DNA of 64,000 bases from a bacterium (GTDB lineage: Bacteria > Desulfobacterota > Binatia > DP-6): NCBI GenBank assembly GCA_026129405.1, contig JAHCID010000001.1:277237-341236 (forward strand), read 5' to 3'. Position 1 is the stretch's first letter. Each line of letters opens with the position of its first letter. Below, piece after piece: positions 1 to 9,084 of the stretch. A model generated the notes under the pieces. That model was given only the letters and a program-made list of their open reading frames with translations, searched no databases and was not told the DNA's origin. The translations under genes and the position numbers were made by a program.

Positions 1-554
1 AGCGCGGTCCGCACGACGGCGGCGGCCGCAGCTGGAACACGAGCGTGCTCGTCTCACCCAGCGGCGAGATCGCCGCGTCCTACCGCAAGATCCATCTGTT
101 CGACGTCGAACTGCCGGGACGGGTGTCGGTCCGCGAGTCCGACGCGCGCGCGCCGGGCACCCAGGTCGTGACGGTCTCGACCGAGCTCGGCACGATCGGC
201 ATGGCGGTCTGCTACGATCTGCGCTTCCCCGAGCTGTTTCGCCGTCAGGTGGCGGCGGGCGCCGAGCTGCTGACGCTGCCGTCGGCCTTCACGTTCGTCA
301 CCGGCGCGGCGCACTGGGCCGTGCTCTGCCGGGCGCGGGCGATCGAGAGCCAGTGCTATCTGCTGGCGGCGAACCAGACCGGCCCCAGTGCCCACGGTCA
401 TCTGGATTTCGGTCATTCGATGATCGTGGACCCCTGGGGCACGGTCCTGGCCGAAGCCCCCGAGGGCGAGGGGCTGGCCATGGCGGAAATCGATCGGGAC
501 TACGTCGTGCGCGTGCGCCGCGAGATGCCCTGCCTCGAGCACCGCCGGCTCTGA
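1..554 (+). CDS. Carbon-nitrogen hydrolase (nitrilase superfamily, Nit/YbeM-like amidase); 5' end lies outside the window
   Basis: Frame 3 is open from the window edge (..GRSWNTSVLVSPSGEIAASYRKIHLFD..). The catalytic-Cys context GMAVCYDLRFPE and ..TLPSAFT..HW..L.RARAIE.Q.Y are typical of the family. Stop TGA at 552-554. Confidence 0.85.
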   Translation, partial: RGPHDGGGRSWNTSVLVSPSGEIAASYRKIHLFDVELPGRVSVRESDARAPGTQVVTVSTELGTIGMAVCYDLRFPELFRRQVAAGAELLTLPSAFTFVTGAAHWAVLCRARAIESQCYLLAANQTGPSAHGHLDFGHSMIVDPWGTVLAEAPEGEGLAMAEIDRDYVVRVRREMPCLEHRRL

Positions 555-1046
555 TCAGACCTCCGGGTCCGAGCGCACGAGCGCGAGCGCGAGGGCCTCG
601 GCGAGCACGCCCATCCGCTCCAGCTCGCGGGCGGTGAAGGGATAGTGGCGCTCGCGCCCCACCCAGAGGACGCCCAGCGTCCGGCCATGGCTCGCGACCG
701 GCACGGCGTAGGCCACCGCCGCGTCCGGCGGATCCGCCGGATCGCGCAACGCAGGCCGCAGCCCCGCCGAAGCGATCGTGCGCTGCGCGCCGCCGGCGAG
801 CGACAGCACGACCGCATCGGCATGGCCGAGCTCCGCCGCCGCGACCGCGACGGCGTCGACGGCGCCGCGGATGCGCTCGTCGCGGGCAAGGATCGTCCGC
901 TCGAGCCGCCACAGCGCCAGCCGTGCGCGACCGAGCGCACGCTCGGCGTCCGACCGCTCCCGGGGAATCGCCGGGCGGGTCGTCACCCGCCGACGCGGCT
1001 CGGAAGCCGTCGCAGGAAGCCACTCGTCGAGGTGTGTCGGTCCCAT
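555..1046 (-). CDS. Small GAF-domain protein
   Basis: Internal ATG at 1046 is preceded by GGAGG (1055-1059 on the minus strand). The 163 aa product (..AVAAAELGHADAVVLSL..GVLWVGRERHYPFTARELERMGVLAEALALAL) has a GAF-like pattern. The 88 upstream codons of the track ORF are Arg/Ala junk. Its stop abuts the convergent hydrolase stop (TGATCA). Confidence 0.65.
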   Translation of the reverse strand: MGPTHLDEWLPATASEPRRRVTTRPAIPRERSDAERALGRARLALWRLERTILARDERIRGAVDAVAVAAAELGHADAVVLSLAGGAQRTIASAGLRPALRDPADPPDAAVAYAVPVASHGRTLGVLWVGRERHYPFTARELERMGVLAEALALALVRSDPEV

Positions 1047-1345
1047 CACGCAACCTCCTCTTCGCCGCCGATTGAACCCGCACTTGGTGATTTCGGGAAG
1101 TCCGGCGAACGGTGAGCCTGCCCGCAACGATGGGTGACTCCGCGCGTGGCGCGGCGGGGCGGACCGCCCCGCCGCGGCGCGCCGGACAAATCCGTGCACG
1201 ACGCCCGCGCCGGCGGCACGCGAGCGGCACACGGACGCACCCGGCGTCGCGTTCCCGTCGCTCCGGGCGCGCGCAACGCCCCGTGTCGACGGGTTCCCGA
1301 CGTGGCGCACGCCTTGCTTCCGACGTCGCCGTGCGCCGAGACCGC

Positions 1346-1729
1346 ATGCCCGGACCGATCGCCTGGAGCGCCATCGCGCTCGTCGTCGCGGTCGCGCTCG
1401 CCTACTGGGGCCAGCGTCCGCCGAGCACGGGCATGCCCGGCGAGCACGTCGGGCGGGTGTCGCGCACGCGCGCGCCGCTGTTCGACGGCGGCTGCGTCTT
1501 CGCGGCCGACGTCCAGCTGAGCGGCCGCTGGGGCGACCTCTCGTTCAACCGCAACTACCTCGACATCAAGAAGGCGCTCGTGGCCCTGATGCGCACCAAG
1601 AGCCGCTACATGGTGAGCTCTCCCGTCGCGCGGGAGTCGCTGCGCCTGCAGATGGTGGCCGAGGTGAACCGGGTCGCCGGACGCCCGATCGCGCGCGAGA
1701 TCCAGTTCTCGCAGTTCGTGGTCTTCTGA
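1346..1729 (+). CDS. FliL-like small membrane protein (one N-terminal TM helix)
   Basis: ATG at 1346. TM segment IAWSAIALVVAVALAYW. The C-terminus ..YLDIKKALVALMRTKSRYMVSSPVARESLRLQMVAEVNRVAGRPIAREIQFSQFVVF resembles the FliL family tail (..L..ei...n......v..v.Ft.Fv.Q). Confidence 0.5.
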   Translation: MPGPIAWSAIALVVAVALAYWGQRPPSTGMPGEHVGRVSRTRAPLFDGGCVFAADVQLSGRWGDLSFNRNYLDIKKALVALMRTKSRYMVSSPVARESLRLQMVAEVNRVAGRPIAREIQFSQFVVF

Positions 1730-1778
1730 CGGCGGATTGAACCGCACCGGGGGTCGGTGGCAGGCTCGACCCCGCTCC

Positions 1779-2414
1779 ATGCCGAAATCGCCGCCGCCCG
1801 ACGCCGCCCACGTCCCGGTCGAGGTCCGCGTCCGCCGCCTGCACCGGCGCGACCTCAACCGCACGTGGGAGTTCCTGAAGCTCTGCTTCCGGGACGTGAA
1901 CCGCGAGACGGTGGAGTACCAGCGGCCCCTCTCGAAACGGCACTTCGAGGACGTCTACGACGACGAGGAGGTCGAGCAGCTCGTCTTCGAGGTCGGCGAC
2001 CGCATCGTCGGCTACGCCGAGTGCGCGTCCGACGTCGGCGGCGACGACTCGTGGATCAACCCGCGCTACTTCGAGAAGCGCGGCATGCGCCCGCTCTACG
2101 TCGAGGAGCTGGCGGCGCACCCCGACTACCAGGGCCGCGGCGTGGGTACGTTCATGCTGGAGCAGCTCGCGCACCTCGCCCGCGTCCGCGGCTGCACGCA
2201 CCTCGTGCTCGAGGTCGCCGAGAACAACGAGGCGGCGCTGCGCTGGTACCGCAAGCGCAGCTTCTACAAGCTCGACGCCGCCATCTTCCTCGCCCAGAAG
2301 ATCGAGACCGAGCCCGAGCTGCTGCCGCCGCGCAAGATCGCCGCCCGCGACGCCGCGCGCCGCACGCGCATCAAGGGCGCGACGCCGGCGAAGCCGCGCG
2401 CCGGCCGCAAGTAG
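1779..2414 (+). CDS. GNAT family N-acetyltransferase
   Basis: Acetyl-CoA motif A region YVEELAAHPDYQGRGVGTFMLEQLAHLA, followed by LEV...N..A..WYRKRSF. I prefer the ATG at 1779 over the TTG at 1737. The C-terminal tail is basic. Confidence 0.85.
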   Translation: MPKSPPPDAAHVPVEVRVRRLHRRDLNRTWEFLKLCFRDVNRETVEYQRPLSKRHFEDVYDDEEVEQLVFEVGDRIVGYAECASDVGGDDSWINPRYFEKRGMRPLYVEELAAHPDYQGRGVGTFMLEQLAHLARVRGCTHLVLEVAENNEAALRWYRKRSFYKLDAAIFLAQKIETEPELLPPRKIAARDAARRTRIKGATPAKPRAGRK

Positions 2415-2421
2415 CGCCACG

Positions 2422-3291
2422 CTACGCGGGCATGCCCTCGGCGTGGCGCGGCAGGCCGTCCGCCGGGAGCTCGAACCAGGGCGCCTTCGAGGCGACGAAG
2501 ATGTGCATCTCGGGCACGATCGGCGGCGCGTCGTCGAGGCTGCCGAGCGGGATCACGGCGATGTTCCGCTCCGCGTCGGTGCGCGGCATCTTCGCCCCGC
2601 AGCGCCGGCAGAACACCTGCATGAAGTAGCGCGCCGCGGGCATCTTGTACGACGCCAGCAGCTCCTCGCCCTGTGTGAAGCGCAGGCCGTCGCGCGTGGT
2701 GAAGTAGTTCGCCGCGTGCGCCGCGGCGCGCGCCTTGCGGCAGCGCCCGCAGTGACAGCTCGCCGCACGCAGCGGCGCGCCCGGCGCGACGAATGCGACG
2801 CCGCCGCAGAGACAGCTCCCGCGCGTGCCCTCGCCCGACGGCGCCGGCGAGACGAGGTCCGGCTGCGGCGCCGGCGTGTCGGGGACGCCGCCGGGATACG
2901 TCTCGAACTGCACGAGGCCGTCGTCGATCCGGTACCAGGGCGCCTTCGAGCCCACGAAGATGTGCGACTCCGGTCGCGCCGTCACGCCCGAGTCGAGCGG
3001 ACCGAGCGGCGTCTCGGCGAGATCCTCGAAGGCGGCGGCCCCGCTCGGCACGATCGTCCCGCAGCGGCCGCAGAAGGCACGCGTGTAGACGGGCGACGAG
3101 GCGAAGCGCACGACGCCGTCCTGCCCGCGCTCCCAGCGCAGCGACGCCGCCGGGAAGAGCCCGAACGTCGCGAACGCGGTGCCGTGCGCCTTCCGGCAGC
3201 GCTGGCAGTGGCAATGGTGGACGAAGGCGAGCGGGCCGTCGACCGACCAGGCCACGTCGCCGCAGAGACAGCTCGAGTGGATGCGCGCCAT
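2422..3291 (-). CDS. Tandem GFA (glutathione-dependent formaldehyde-activating / CENP-V-like) zinc-binding domain protein
   Basis: Two copies of the Cys pattern are present. Copy 1: CLCGDVAW..HHCHCQRCRKAHG..FCGRCGT. Copy 2: CLCGGVAF..ASCHCGRCRKARA..FCRRCGAKM. ATG at 3291, stop TAG at 2422-2424. Confidence 0.85.
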   Translation of the reverse strand: MARIHSSCLCGDVAWSVDGPLAFVHHCHCQRCRKAHGTAFATFGLFPAASLRWERGQDGVVRFASSPVYTRAFCGRCGTIVPSGAAAFEDLAETPLGPLDSGVTARPESHIFVGSKAPWYRIDDGLVQFETYPGGVPDTPAPQPDLVSPAPSGEGTRGSCLCGGVAFVAPGAPLRAASCHCGRCRKARAAAHAANYFTTRDGLRFTQGEELLASYKMPAARYFMQVFCRRCGAKMPRTDAERNIAVIPLGSLDDAPPIVPEMHIFVASKAPWFELPADGLPRHAEGMPA

Positions 3292-3330
3292 GCCCCCCGT
3301 GTCGCCCGGAGGCTCGGCCGTCGCAAGCCG

Positions 3331-3702
3331 TCAGCGCCCGGCCGGACCCTCGCCCGCCCGCTCCGGCTCCGCCGGCGGCAGCTCGTCGACGTGCGTCTCG
3401 GGGCACGCGCGCACGCCGGCCCCGCGCGCGGCGCGGGCGAGCATGTGGGCGCCGATGGGCGCCGTCACGAAGAGCAGGACGATCGCGAGCGCCGCCTGGA
3501 ACGCGACCGACGGCGAGCGCTCCGGCAGCGCCACCACCACCGCCGCCAGCATCGTGCTCACTCCGAGGGTCGCCGCCTTCGTCGGGGCGTGCATGCGCGT
3601 GTAGAAGTCGGGCAGGCGCACGAGGCCGATCGAGCCCACGAGCGTGAAGAACAGCCCCACCAGCAGCAGCACGCTGGCGACGAGCTCGTCGAGCTCACTC
3701 AA
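3331..3702 (-). CDS. mrpG: Na+/H+ (cation/proton) antiporter subunit G
   Basis: ..GSIGLVRLPDFYTRMHAPTKAATLG.. is the MnhG/PhaG signature. The TTG start at 3702 overlaps the end of mrpF. Confidence 0.85.
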   Translation of the reverse strand: MSELDELVASVLLLVGLFFTLVGSIGLVRLPDFYTRMHAPTKAATLGVSTMLAAVVVALPERSPSVAFQAALAIVLLFVTAPIGAHMLARAARGAGVRACPETHVDELPPAEPERAGEGPAGR

Positions 3703-3964
3703 TGATGCGCCCTCGCATCAGCGCCTTGGCGATGGCCACCGTTCCCACGAAGCCGAGCAGCCCGAGGACGAGGATGGCGCCCATGTAGACGTCGGTCCGC
3801 AGGTGGATCGACAGCACGGCCAGCAGCGCGATCACGTTGATGGTCATCGTGTCGAGCGCGAGCAGGCGATCGACCGTCGCCGGGCCGATCACCAGCCGCC
3901 ACAGGCAGAGCGCCAGCGAGATCGCCAGGCCCGATGCCGTGATCGCGGTCACGACGGCGAGCAC
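3695..3964 (-). CDS. mrpF: Cation/proton antiporter subunit F
   Basis: An 89 aa, three-TM protein (..LWRLVIGPATVDRLLALDTMTINVIALLAVL..GFVGTVAIAKAL.RG). The GTG start at 3964 overlaps the end of mrpE. Confidence 0.8.
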   Translation of the reverse strand: MLAVVTAITASGLAISLALCLWRLVIGPATVDRLLALDTMTINVIALLAVLSIHLRTDVYMGAILVLGLLGFVGTVAIAKALMRGRIIE

Positions 3965-4443
3965 GTCACCGCCTGCGCCAGCGGCGCTTCGAACTGCCGC
4001 TTGAGCTGGGCCCGGACGGCGTCGACGTCGTCGACGGCCAGGCAGTGGACGTAGAGCGCGGAGCGGTCGGGCGCGACGTCGACCGTCAACGTTCCGGGCG
4101 TCAGCGTGATCATGTTCGCGAAGGCGGTGATCTCGAGGTCGTCGCGCAGGTCGAGCGGCACCACGATGAACGCCGGACGGATGGGCGGGCGCGGCTGGAC
4201 GATGATCCACGCCACCTGGAGATTCGCCATCACCACCTCGCGCACGAACTCCCACGCCAGCCGCAGCGCGACCGTGGGCCGTCGCAGCGTCACCTGCGGG
4301 GCCGCGAAGTTGCCGCAGGCCCACACGATGCCCGCGGCGACGAGATAGCCGAGCGCGAGCTGGCCGAGCGTGAAGTCGGCCTGGAGCATCACCCACACGA
4401 GCGCGAGCAGCGTCGTGTAGAGGGGACGATGGAACGGGCTCAT
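3949..4443 (-). CDS. mrpE: Cation/proton antiporter subunit E
   Basis: 164 aa. ..NLQVAWIIVQP...IRPAFIVVPLDLRDDLEITAFANMITLTPGTLTVDV is the MnhE pattern. ATG at 4443 overlaps the mrpD stop (ATGA). Confidence 0.8.
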   Translation of the reverse strand: MSPFHRPLYTTLLALVWVMLQADFTLGQLALGYLVAAGIVWACGNFAAPQVTLRRPTVALRLAWEFVREVVMANLQVAWIIVQPRPPIRPAFIVVPLDLRDDLEITAFANMITLTPGTLTVDVAPDRSALYVHCLAVDDVDAVRAQLKRQFEAPLAQAVTCSPS

Positions 4444-5945
4444 CGCCCCCCTCCCGCCGGCAGCGCCGGCGCCACCGCCGCGACGTACGAGGGCACGTCG
4501 AGGAGCTGCGTCGCCGTCGCCTCGGCATAGCGCCAGAGCGGATCGGCCGCCGCGGCCAGCGTCACCGAGAACGACACCAGCAGGCCGACGGCGAGAAGCG
4601 CACCCGCGCGCGGCGGCGCGGCCGCCGGCTGCGCCGGCGTGCCCCAGAAGGCGGACGTCCAGATCTTCATCATGGAGAACAACGTGAGCAGGCCGGCGAC
4701 GAAGACGACCGTCACGCCGAGCCAGCGCTCGGCGCCGATGCCCGCGCCCGCGAGCAGCGCCTTCGAGACGAAGCCGCTCGTCGGCGGCAGGCCGGCGAGC
4801 GACAGCCCGGCGACGAGGAACAGCGCCCCGAGCGCCGGCGAGACGTGGGCGACGCCGCCCAGCCTCCCGAGCTCGGGCGAGCCGCCGACGCGCTCGGTCG
4901 CCCCCGCGAGCAGGAAGAGCGCGCACTTCACGATCGTGTAGTGCACCAGGTAGACGATCGCCGCCGCGACCCCGGCCACGGTGAAGAGCCCGATCCCGAA
5001 GACGAGGTAGCCGATCTGGCTCACGATGTGGAACGACAGCAGCCGGCGCAGCTCGGTCTGCGAAACCGCGCCCAGCACGCCCACCAGCATCGACACCGTC
5101 CCCAGCGCCAGCATCACCTCGGCGCCCGACGCCCGCACGCCGTCGAAGGCGGTGGTCCACACGCGCAGCAGCGCGTACACGCCGACCTTGGTGGCGATGC
5201 CGCCGAACATCGCCGACACCGCGACGGGCGGCGCCGGGTAGGCGTCGGGCAGCCAGAACGCCAGCGGCAGCAGCGCCGCCTTGGTGGCGAAGACGACGAG
5301 CAGGGTCATCGTCGCCACGTGCAGCAGCCCGGCGCCGTCGCCGGCCGCGACCGCCGGCACCTTCACGGCGAGGTCGGCCAGGTTGAGCGTCCCCGTGAGG
5401 CCGTAGAGCACGCCGACGCCGAAGAGGAACAGCGCCGACGCCAGCAGGTTCAGGACCACGAACTGGAGGCCCGCCCGCAGCTGCCGCGCCGACGCCCCCA
5501 GCGTCAGGAGCCCGTACGAGGCGATCAGCAGCACCTCGAAGAACACGAACAGGTTGAAGAGGTCGCCGGTGACGAACGCGCCGTCGATCCCCATGACGAG
5601 AAACTGGAACAGCGGCAGGAACGGCAGCCGCTCGAGGCGCGGATCGCGCGTCGCGGCCTCGTAGAGCAGCACGGCGAGCCCGGTGCCGGCGGTGAGCAGC
5701 AGCATCACCGCGGCGAGGCGGTCGACCACGAGCACGATGCCGAAGGGCGCAGGCCAGCTGCCGAGCCGGTGCACCAGCACGGTGCCGTCGGCGGTCGCGA
5801 CGGCCAGCGCGACGGCGACGCCGAGGAGGCCGGCCAGCGACGCGAGGCTCACCAGCCGCTGCGCGCGCGGATGGCTGCCGAGCGCCAGCAACAGGATCGC
5901 CGTCAGCATCGGCCAGACGACCGGCGCCGGCACCAGCTCAGCCAC
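4440..5945 (-). CDS. mrpD: Cation/proton antiporter subunit D (NuoN/ND2-ND4-like)
   Basis: A 501 aa polytopic protein with the proton-conducting-membrane-transporter pattern (..FFEVLLIASYGLL..,..WLPDAYPAPP.VSA..). The GTG start at 5945 overlaps the mrpC stop. Confidence 0.9.
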   Translation of the reverse strand: MAELVPAPVVWPMLTAILLLALGSHPRAQRLVSLASLAGLLGVAVALAVATADGTVLVHRLGSWPAPFGIVLVVDRLAAVMLLLTAGTGLAVLLYEAATRDPRLERLPFLPLFQFLVMGIDGAFVTGDLFNLFVFFEVLLIASYGLLTLGASARQLRAGLQFVVLNLLASALFLFGVGVLYGLTGTLNLADLAVKVPAVAAGDGAGLLHVATMTLLVVFATKAALLPLAFWLPDAYPAPPVAVSAMFGGIATKVGVYALLRVWTTAFDGVRASGAEVMLALGTVSMLVGVLGAVSQTELRRLLSFHIVSQIGYLVFGIGLFTVAGVAAAIVYLVHYTIVKCALFLLAGATERVGGSPELGRLGGVAHVSPALGALFLVAGLSLAGLPPTSGFVSKALLAGAGIGAERWLGVTVVFVAGLLTLFSMMKIWTSAFWGTPAQPAAAPPRAGALLAVGLLVSFSVTLAAAADPLWRYAEATATQLLDVPSYVAAVAPALPAGGGR

Positions 5946-6273
5946 CGGACACCTCGAGGTCGACGCGCTCGCTGCCGGTGCGCCGGTAGCCGCGCCATGC
6001 GAGGACGAGCAGGAACGCCGTCATGCCGAACGAGATCACGATGGCCGTGAGCACCAGCGCCTGTGCGAGCGGGTCGGCCGCCTGCCCCGGCACGTGCGCG
6101 CCGGCGATCGGCGCGGCGCCCAGCCGCACGCGGCCCATGGCGACGAGCAGCAGGTTGATGCCGTGGCTCACGAGCGTCAGCCCCTGCACGACCGCGAAGC
6201 CCACGGGCCGGAGCATGAGGAACACGCCCGTGCCGAGAAGGGCGCCGACGGTGCAGGCGACGAGCAGCTCCAT
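5938..6273 (-). CDS. mrpC: Cation/proton antiporter subunit C (NuoK-like)
   Basis: 111 aa, MELLVACTVGALLGTGVFLML.R....VQGLTLVSHGINLLLV..G. ATG at 6273. Confidence 0.85.
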   Translation of the reverse strand: MELLVACTVGALLGTGVFLMLRPVGFAVVQGLTLVSHGINLLLVAMGRVRLGAAPIAGAHVPGQAADPLAQALVLTAIVISFGMTAFLLVLAWRGYRRTGSERVDLEVSGG

Positions 6274-6275
6274 CC

Positions 6276-6686
6276 CTATTCCTCGATCGCCAACAGGATG
6301 CGCAGCGTCGACCCGGTAACGACCAGGAACACGCCGACGTCGAAGAGGCCCGCCGACGACAGCGGGAAGTCGCCGAGCAGCGGGAGGTGCAGATGGCCGT
6401 GCGCGCTGGTGAGGAACGGCAGTGTCGCGACCTGCGCCCCGAGCCCGGTCCCGACGACGACGAGCAGCCCGATCGCGACCAGCGCCTCCGACGGCACGCG
6501 CACCGCCTCCTGCATGAGTCGCCGCCCGGTCGCCACGTACTGCAGGATCACCGCGGCGGCGACGACGAGCCCGGCGACGAAGCCGCCGCCCGGTAGGTGA
6601 TGGCCGCGGCCGAGCAACCACAGGGCCACCAGCAGCGCCAGCGGCATGACCACCCGCGCGACCGCCTGGAGCAAGGGCGAGATCAC
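6276..6686 (-). CDS. mrpB: Cation/proton antiporter subunit B
   Basis: 136 aa. ..LLGRGHHLPGGGFVAGLV.AAA.IL.Y.. is the MnhB signature. The GTG start at 6686 overlaps the mrpA stop (GTGA). Confidence 0.8.
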   Translation of the reverse strand: MISPLLQAVARVVMPLALLVALWLLGRGHHLPGGGFVAGLVVAAAVILQYVATGRRLMQEAVRVPSEALVAIGLLVVVGTGLGAQVATLPFLTSAHGHLHLPLLGDFPLSSAGLFDVGVFLVVTGSTLRILLAIEE

Positions 6687-8986
6687 GCCGCGCGCCTCCG
6701 CGCCGCCTGCACCAGCGCCACGACGCCGAGCGCCGCGATCGCCAGCACCGTGATCTCGCCCATGGTGTCGTAGCCGCGGAAGTCGACGAGGATCACGTTC
6801 ACCACGTTGCCGCCGCCGGCGTCGGGCAGGCTGCGCGCGAGATGGTAGCCGGAGATCGACGAGAACGGCCGGCGCATCACGCCGTAGACCACCGCGGCGG
6901 CGCCGCAGCCGAGCGCGAGCGCGAACGCGGCGTCGAAGACGACCCGTCGCCGCGGCTCCGGCAGCCGCGTCGCCTTGGGCAGGAAGTAGAGGACCAGCAC
7001 GAGCAGGATCGTCGTGACGGCCTCGACGAGCACCTGCGTCAGCACGAGATCGGGCGCGCCGAGCCACACGAAGTAGACTGCGACGAGGAGCCCCGTCGCC
7101 CCGAGCGCGAGCACGGCGGGCCAGCGCTGCCGCCACAGCACCGCGACCGCGATCGCGCTCGCGATGGTGACGACGGCGAGCGTCGTCGCGCCGGCGGGGA
7201 TCGGCGTCGGCGGCTCGGCGGCGGGGCCGGCGGGGCCGAACGGCAACCCCGCCGCCACCAGCAGCACGAGGAAGCACAGCACGACGAGGACGTAGCGGCG
7301 CAGCACGCCGGTCTGGATGCCGTCGGTGATGCGCCCGGCGACGCTGAGCACGCCTTTCACCGTCGCGTCGTAGCGCGCGCTCGCCGTCCGGCCGAGCCAC
7401 ACCGGGAGCACGGTGCGCGCCGTCGCGCGCCGCGCGACGTACCACGCCGTGCCGCCCGCGAGCGCCGCCAGGCTGAGGCCGAGCGCCGCGGTGGGGCCGT
7501 GCCACAGCGCGAGGTGCGTCGTCACGGGCGCGCCGGTGACGGCGCCCGCGGCGGCGGCGACGAGCGGCCCCATGACCAGCGCCGGCGCCACCCCCGCCGC
7601 GACGCAGAACGCGGCCAGGAGGTACACCGGCACCCGCATGCCGAGCGGCGGCTCGTGCGGGGCGTGGTGCGCCTCGCCGAAGCGCACCGGGCCGAAGAAC
7701 GCGCCGACCACGAAGCGCAGCGCGTAGGCCGTCGTGAAGACGCTGCCGGCGAGGGCGACCAGCGGCCACACCGGCCGGCCGCCGTGGAGCAGCGCCTCGA
7801 GCCCCATCTCCTTCGACACGAAGCCCGAGAGCGGCGCGACGCCCGCCATCGCCGCCGCGGCCACGATCGCGAGCGCGGCGGTCTCTGGCAGCGCCGTGCG
7901 CAGGCCGGAGACGCGGGCGAGGTCGCGCGAGCCGCACTCGTGGTCGACGATGCCGGCGACGAGGAACAGCGGCGCCTTGAAGGCGGCGTGGCAGAGCACG
8001 TGCAGCGTCGCGGCCACCGCCGCCTCGGGGGTGCCGAGGCCGTAGAGCAGCGCGATGAAGCCGAGCTGGCTCACCGTCGAGTAGGCGAGGATGCGCTTCA
8101 GGTCCGTGTGGCGCAGCGCGATCCAGCCGCCGGCGAGCATCGTCGCGCCGCCGATCACGGGCAGCGCGTGCTGCCACAGCGCGAGCGGCGCGAAGATCGG
8201 CCACAGTCGTGCGAGGAGGAAGACGCCGGCCTTCACCATCGTCGCCGAGTGCAGGTAGGCGCTGACGGGCGTCGGCGCCGCCATCGCGCTCGGCAGCCAG
8301 AAGTGGAACGGCACCTGCGCCGACTTCGTGCACGCGCCGACCAGCATCAGCGCCAGCGCGATCGGCGCCGCCGGCAGGCCGCGGACCTGCACGGCCCGAT
8401 CGCGCAGCGGCCCCAGCTCGAAGGTGCCCGCCGCGGCCCCCAGCACGAGCACGCCCGCGAGCAGCGCGAGCCCGCCCATCCCCGTCACCATGAGCGACTG
8501 CCAGGCGCCGGCGCGCGCGTCGGCCCGCTCGTCCCAGAAGCCGATCAGGAGGAACGACGCGATGCTGGTCAGCTCCCAGAAGACCACGAGCAGCAGCAGG
8601 TTGTCGGCGAGCACGACGCCCAGCATCGCGGCCATGAACAGCAGCAGCGAGGCGTAGAAGCGGGGCAGCGCCTCGTGCGCGCCGAGGTACCAGCGGGCGT
8701 ACACGACGACGAGGAGACCGATGCCCGCGATCAGCAGCACGAAGAGCAGGGCGAGCCCGTCGAGCCGCAGCGAGACGGCGAGCCCGAACGCGGGCATCCA
8801 GGGGACCGACGCCGTCGCGGCCCCGCCACCCAGCACCGGCCCGGCGAGCGCCGCCGTCAGGCCCAGCACCGCGACGGCGACGGCCGCACTCACGAGGGCG
8901 AGGCCGCTTCGTCCGAGGATGCCGGCGAACGGCAGGACCGCCGCGGCGAGCAGCGGCAGCGCGGGGATGGCGAGGAGCGAAGACAT
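6683..8986 (-). CDS. mrpA: Cation/proton antiporter subunit A (NuoL/ND5-like with C-terminal MnhB-like extension)
   Basis: ATG at 8986 (MSSLLAIPALPLL..), 767 aa. Motifs ..FWELTSIASFLLIGFW.. and ..HFWLPSAMAAPTPVSAYLHSATMVKAG.., with tail ..VVNVILVDFRGYDTMGEITVL.. The first 303 codons of the track ORF are junk. Confidence 0.9.
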   Translation of the reverse strand: MSSLLAIPALPLLAAAVLPFAGILGRSGLALVSAAVAVAVLGLTAALAGPVLGGGAATASVPWMPAFGLAVSLRLDGLALLFVLLIAGIGLLVVVYARWYLGAHEALPRFYASLLLFMAAMLGVVLADNLLLLVVFWELTSIASFLLIGFWDERADARAGAWQSLMVTGMGGLALLAGVLVLGAAAGTFELGPLRDRAVQVRGLPAAPIALALMLVGACTKSAQVPFHFWLPSAMAAPTPVSAYLHSATMVKAGVFLLARLWPIFAPLALWQHALPVIGGATMLAGGWIALRHTDLKRILAYSTVSQLGFIALLYGLGTPEAAVAATLHVLCHAAFKAPLFLVAGIVDHECGSRDLARVSGLRTALPETAALAIVAAAAMAGVAPLSGFVSKEMGLEALLHGGRPVWPLVALAGSVFTTAYALRFVVGAFFGPVRFGEAHHAPHEPPLGMRVPVYLLAAFCVAAGVAPALVMGPLVAAAAGAVTGAPVTTHLALWHGPTAALGLSLAALAGGTAWYVARRATARTVLPVWLGRTASARYDATVKGVLSVAGRITDGIQTGVLRRYVLVVLCFLVLLVAAGLPFGPAGPAAEPPTPIPAGATTLAVVTIASAIAVAVLWRQRWPAVLALGATGLLVAVYFVWLGAPDLVLTQVLVEAVTTILLVLVLYFLPKATRLPEPRRRVVFDAAFALALGCGAAAVVYGVMRRPFSSISGYHLARSLPDAGGGNVVNVILVDFRGYDTMGEITVLAIAALGVVALVQAARRRAA

Positions 8987-9035
8987 CGACGCGCGGCGCC
9001 CTTCGCTAGCACATCGAGGCGCACTTACCACCTCG

Positions 9036-9070
9036 CCGGCCGGCCGCCCCGGCGTGGGGCGGCCGGCCGG
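9036..9070 (-). terminator. GC hairpin downstream of the CocE/NonD hydrolase gene and upstream of the mrp operon
   Basis: Perfect 15-bp arms CCGGCCGGCCGCCCC (9036-9050) and GGGGCGGCCGGCCGG (9056-9070) with a 5-nt loop. It starts 15 nt after the stop at 9085. There is no U-tract. Confidence 0.45.
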
Positions 9071-9084
9071 GGCGGCATCCGCCG

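Noticed and set aside
552-557. Zero-gap convergent stop codons forming TGATCA (552-557) and TAGTCA (21995-22000)
   Set aside because: This is simply very tight gene packing. There is no intergenic terminator and no evidence of any special function.
1068-1747. Repeated motif (C/G)GATTGAACC(C)GCAC at 1068-1083 and 1733-1747, flanking the FliL-like gene
   Set aside because: A 13-nt match is expected many times by chance among all position pairs in 64 kb (order 10^2 with uniform bases), and about 0.5 times even within intergenic DNA alone. No matching downstream -10 element is shared. I treat it as coincidence unless more copies turn up genome-wide.
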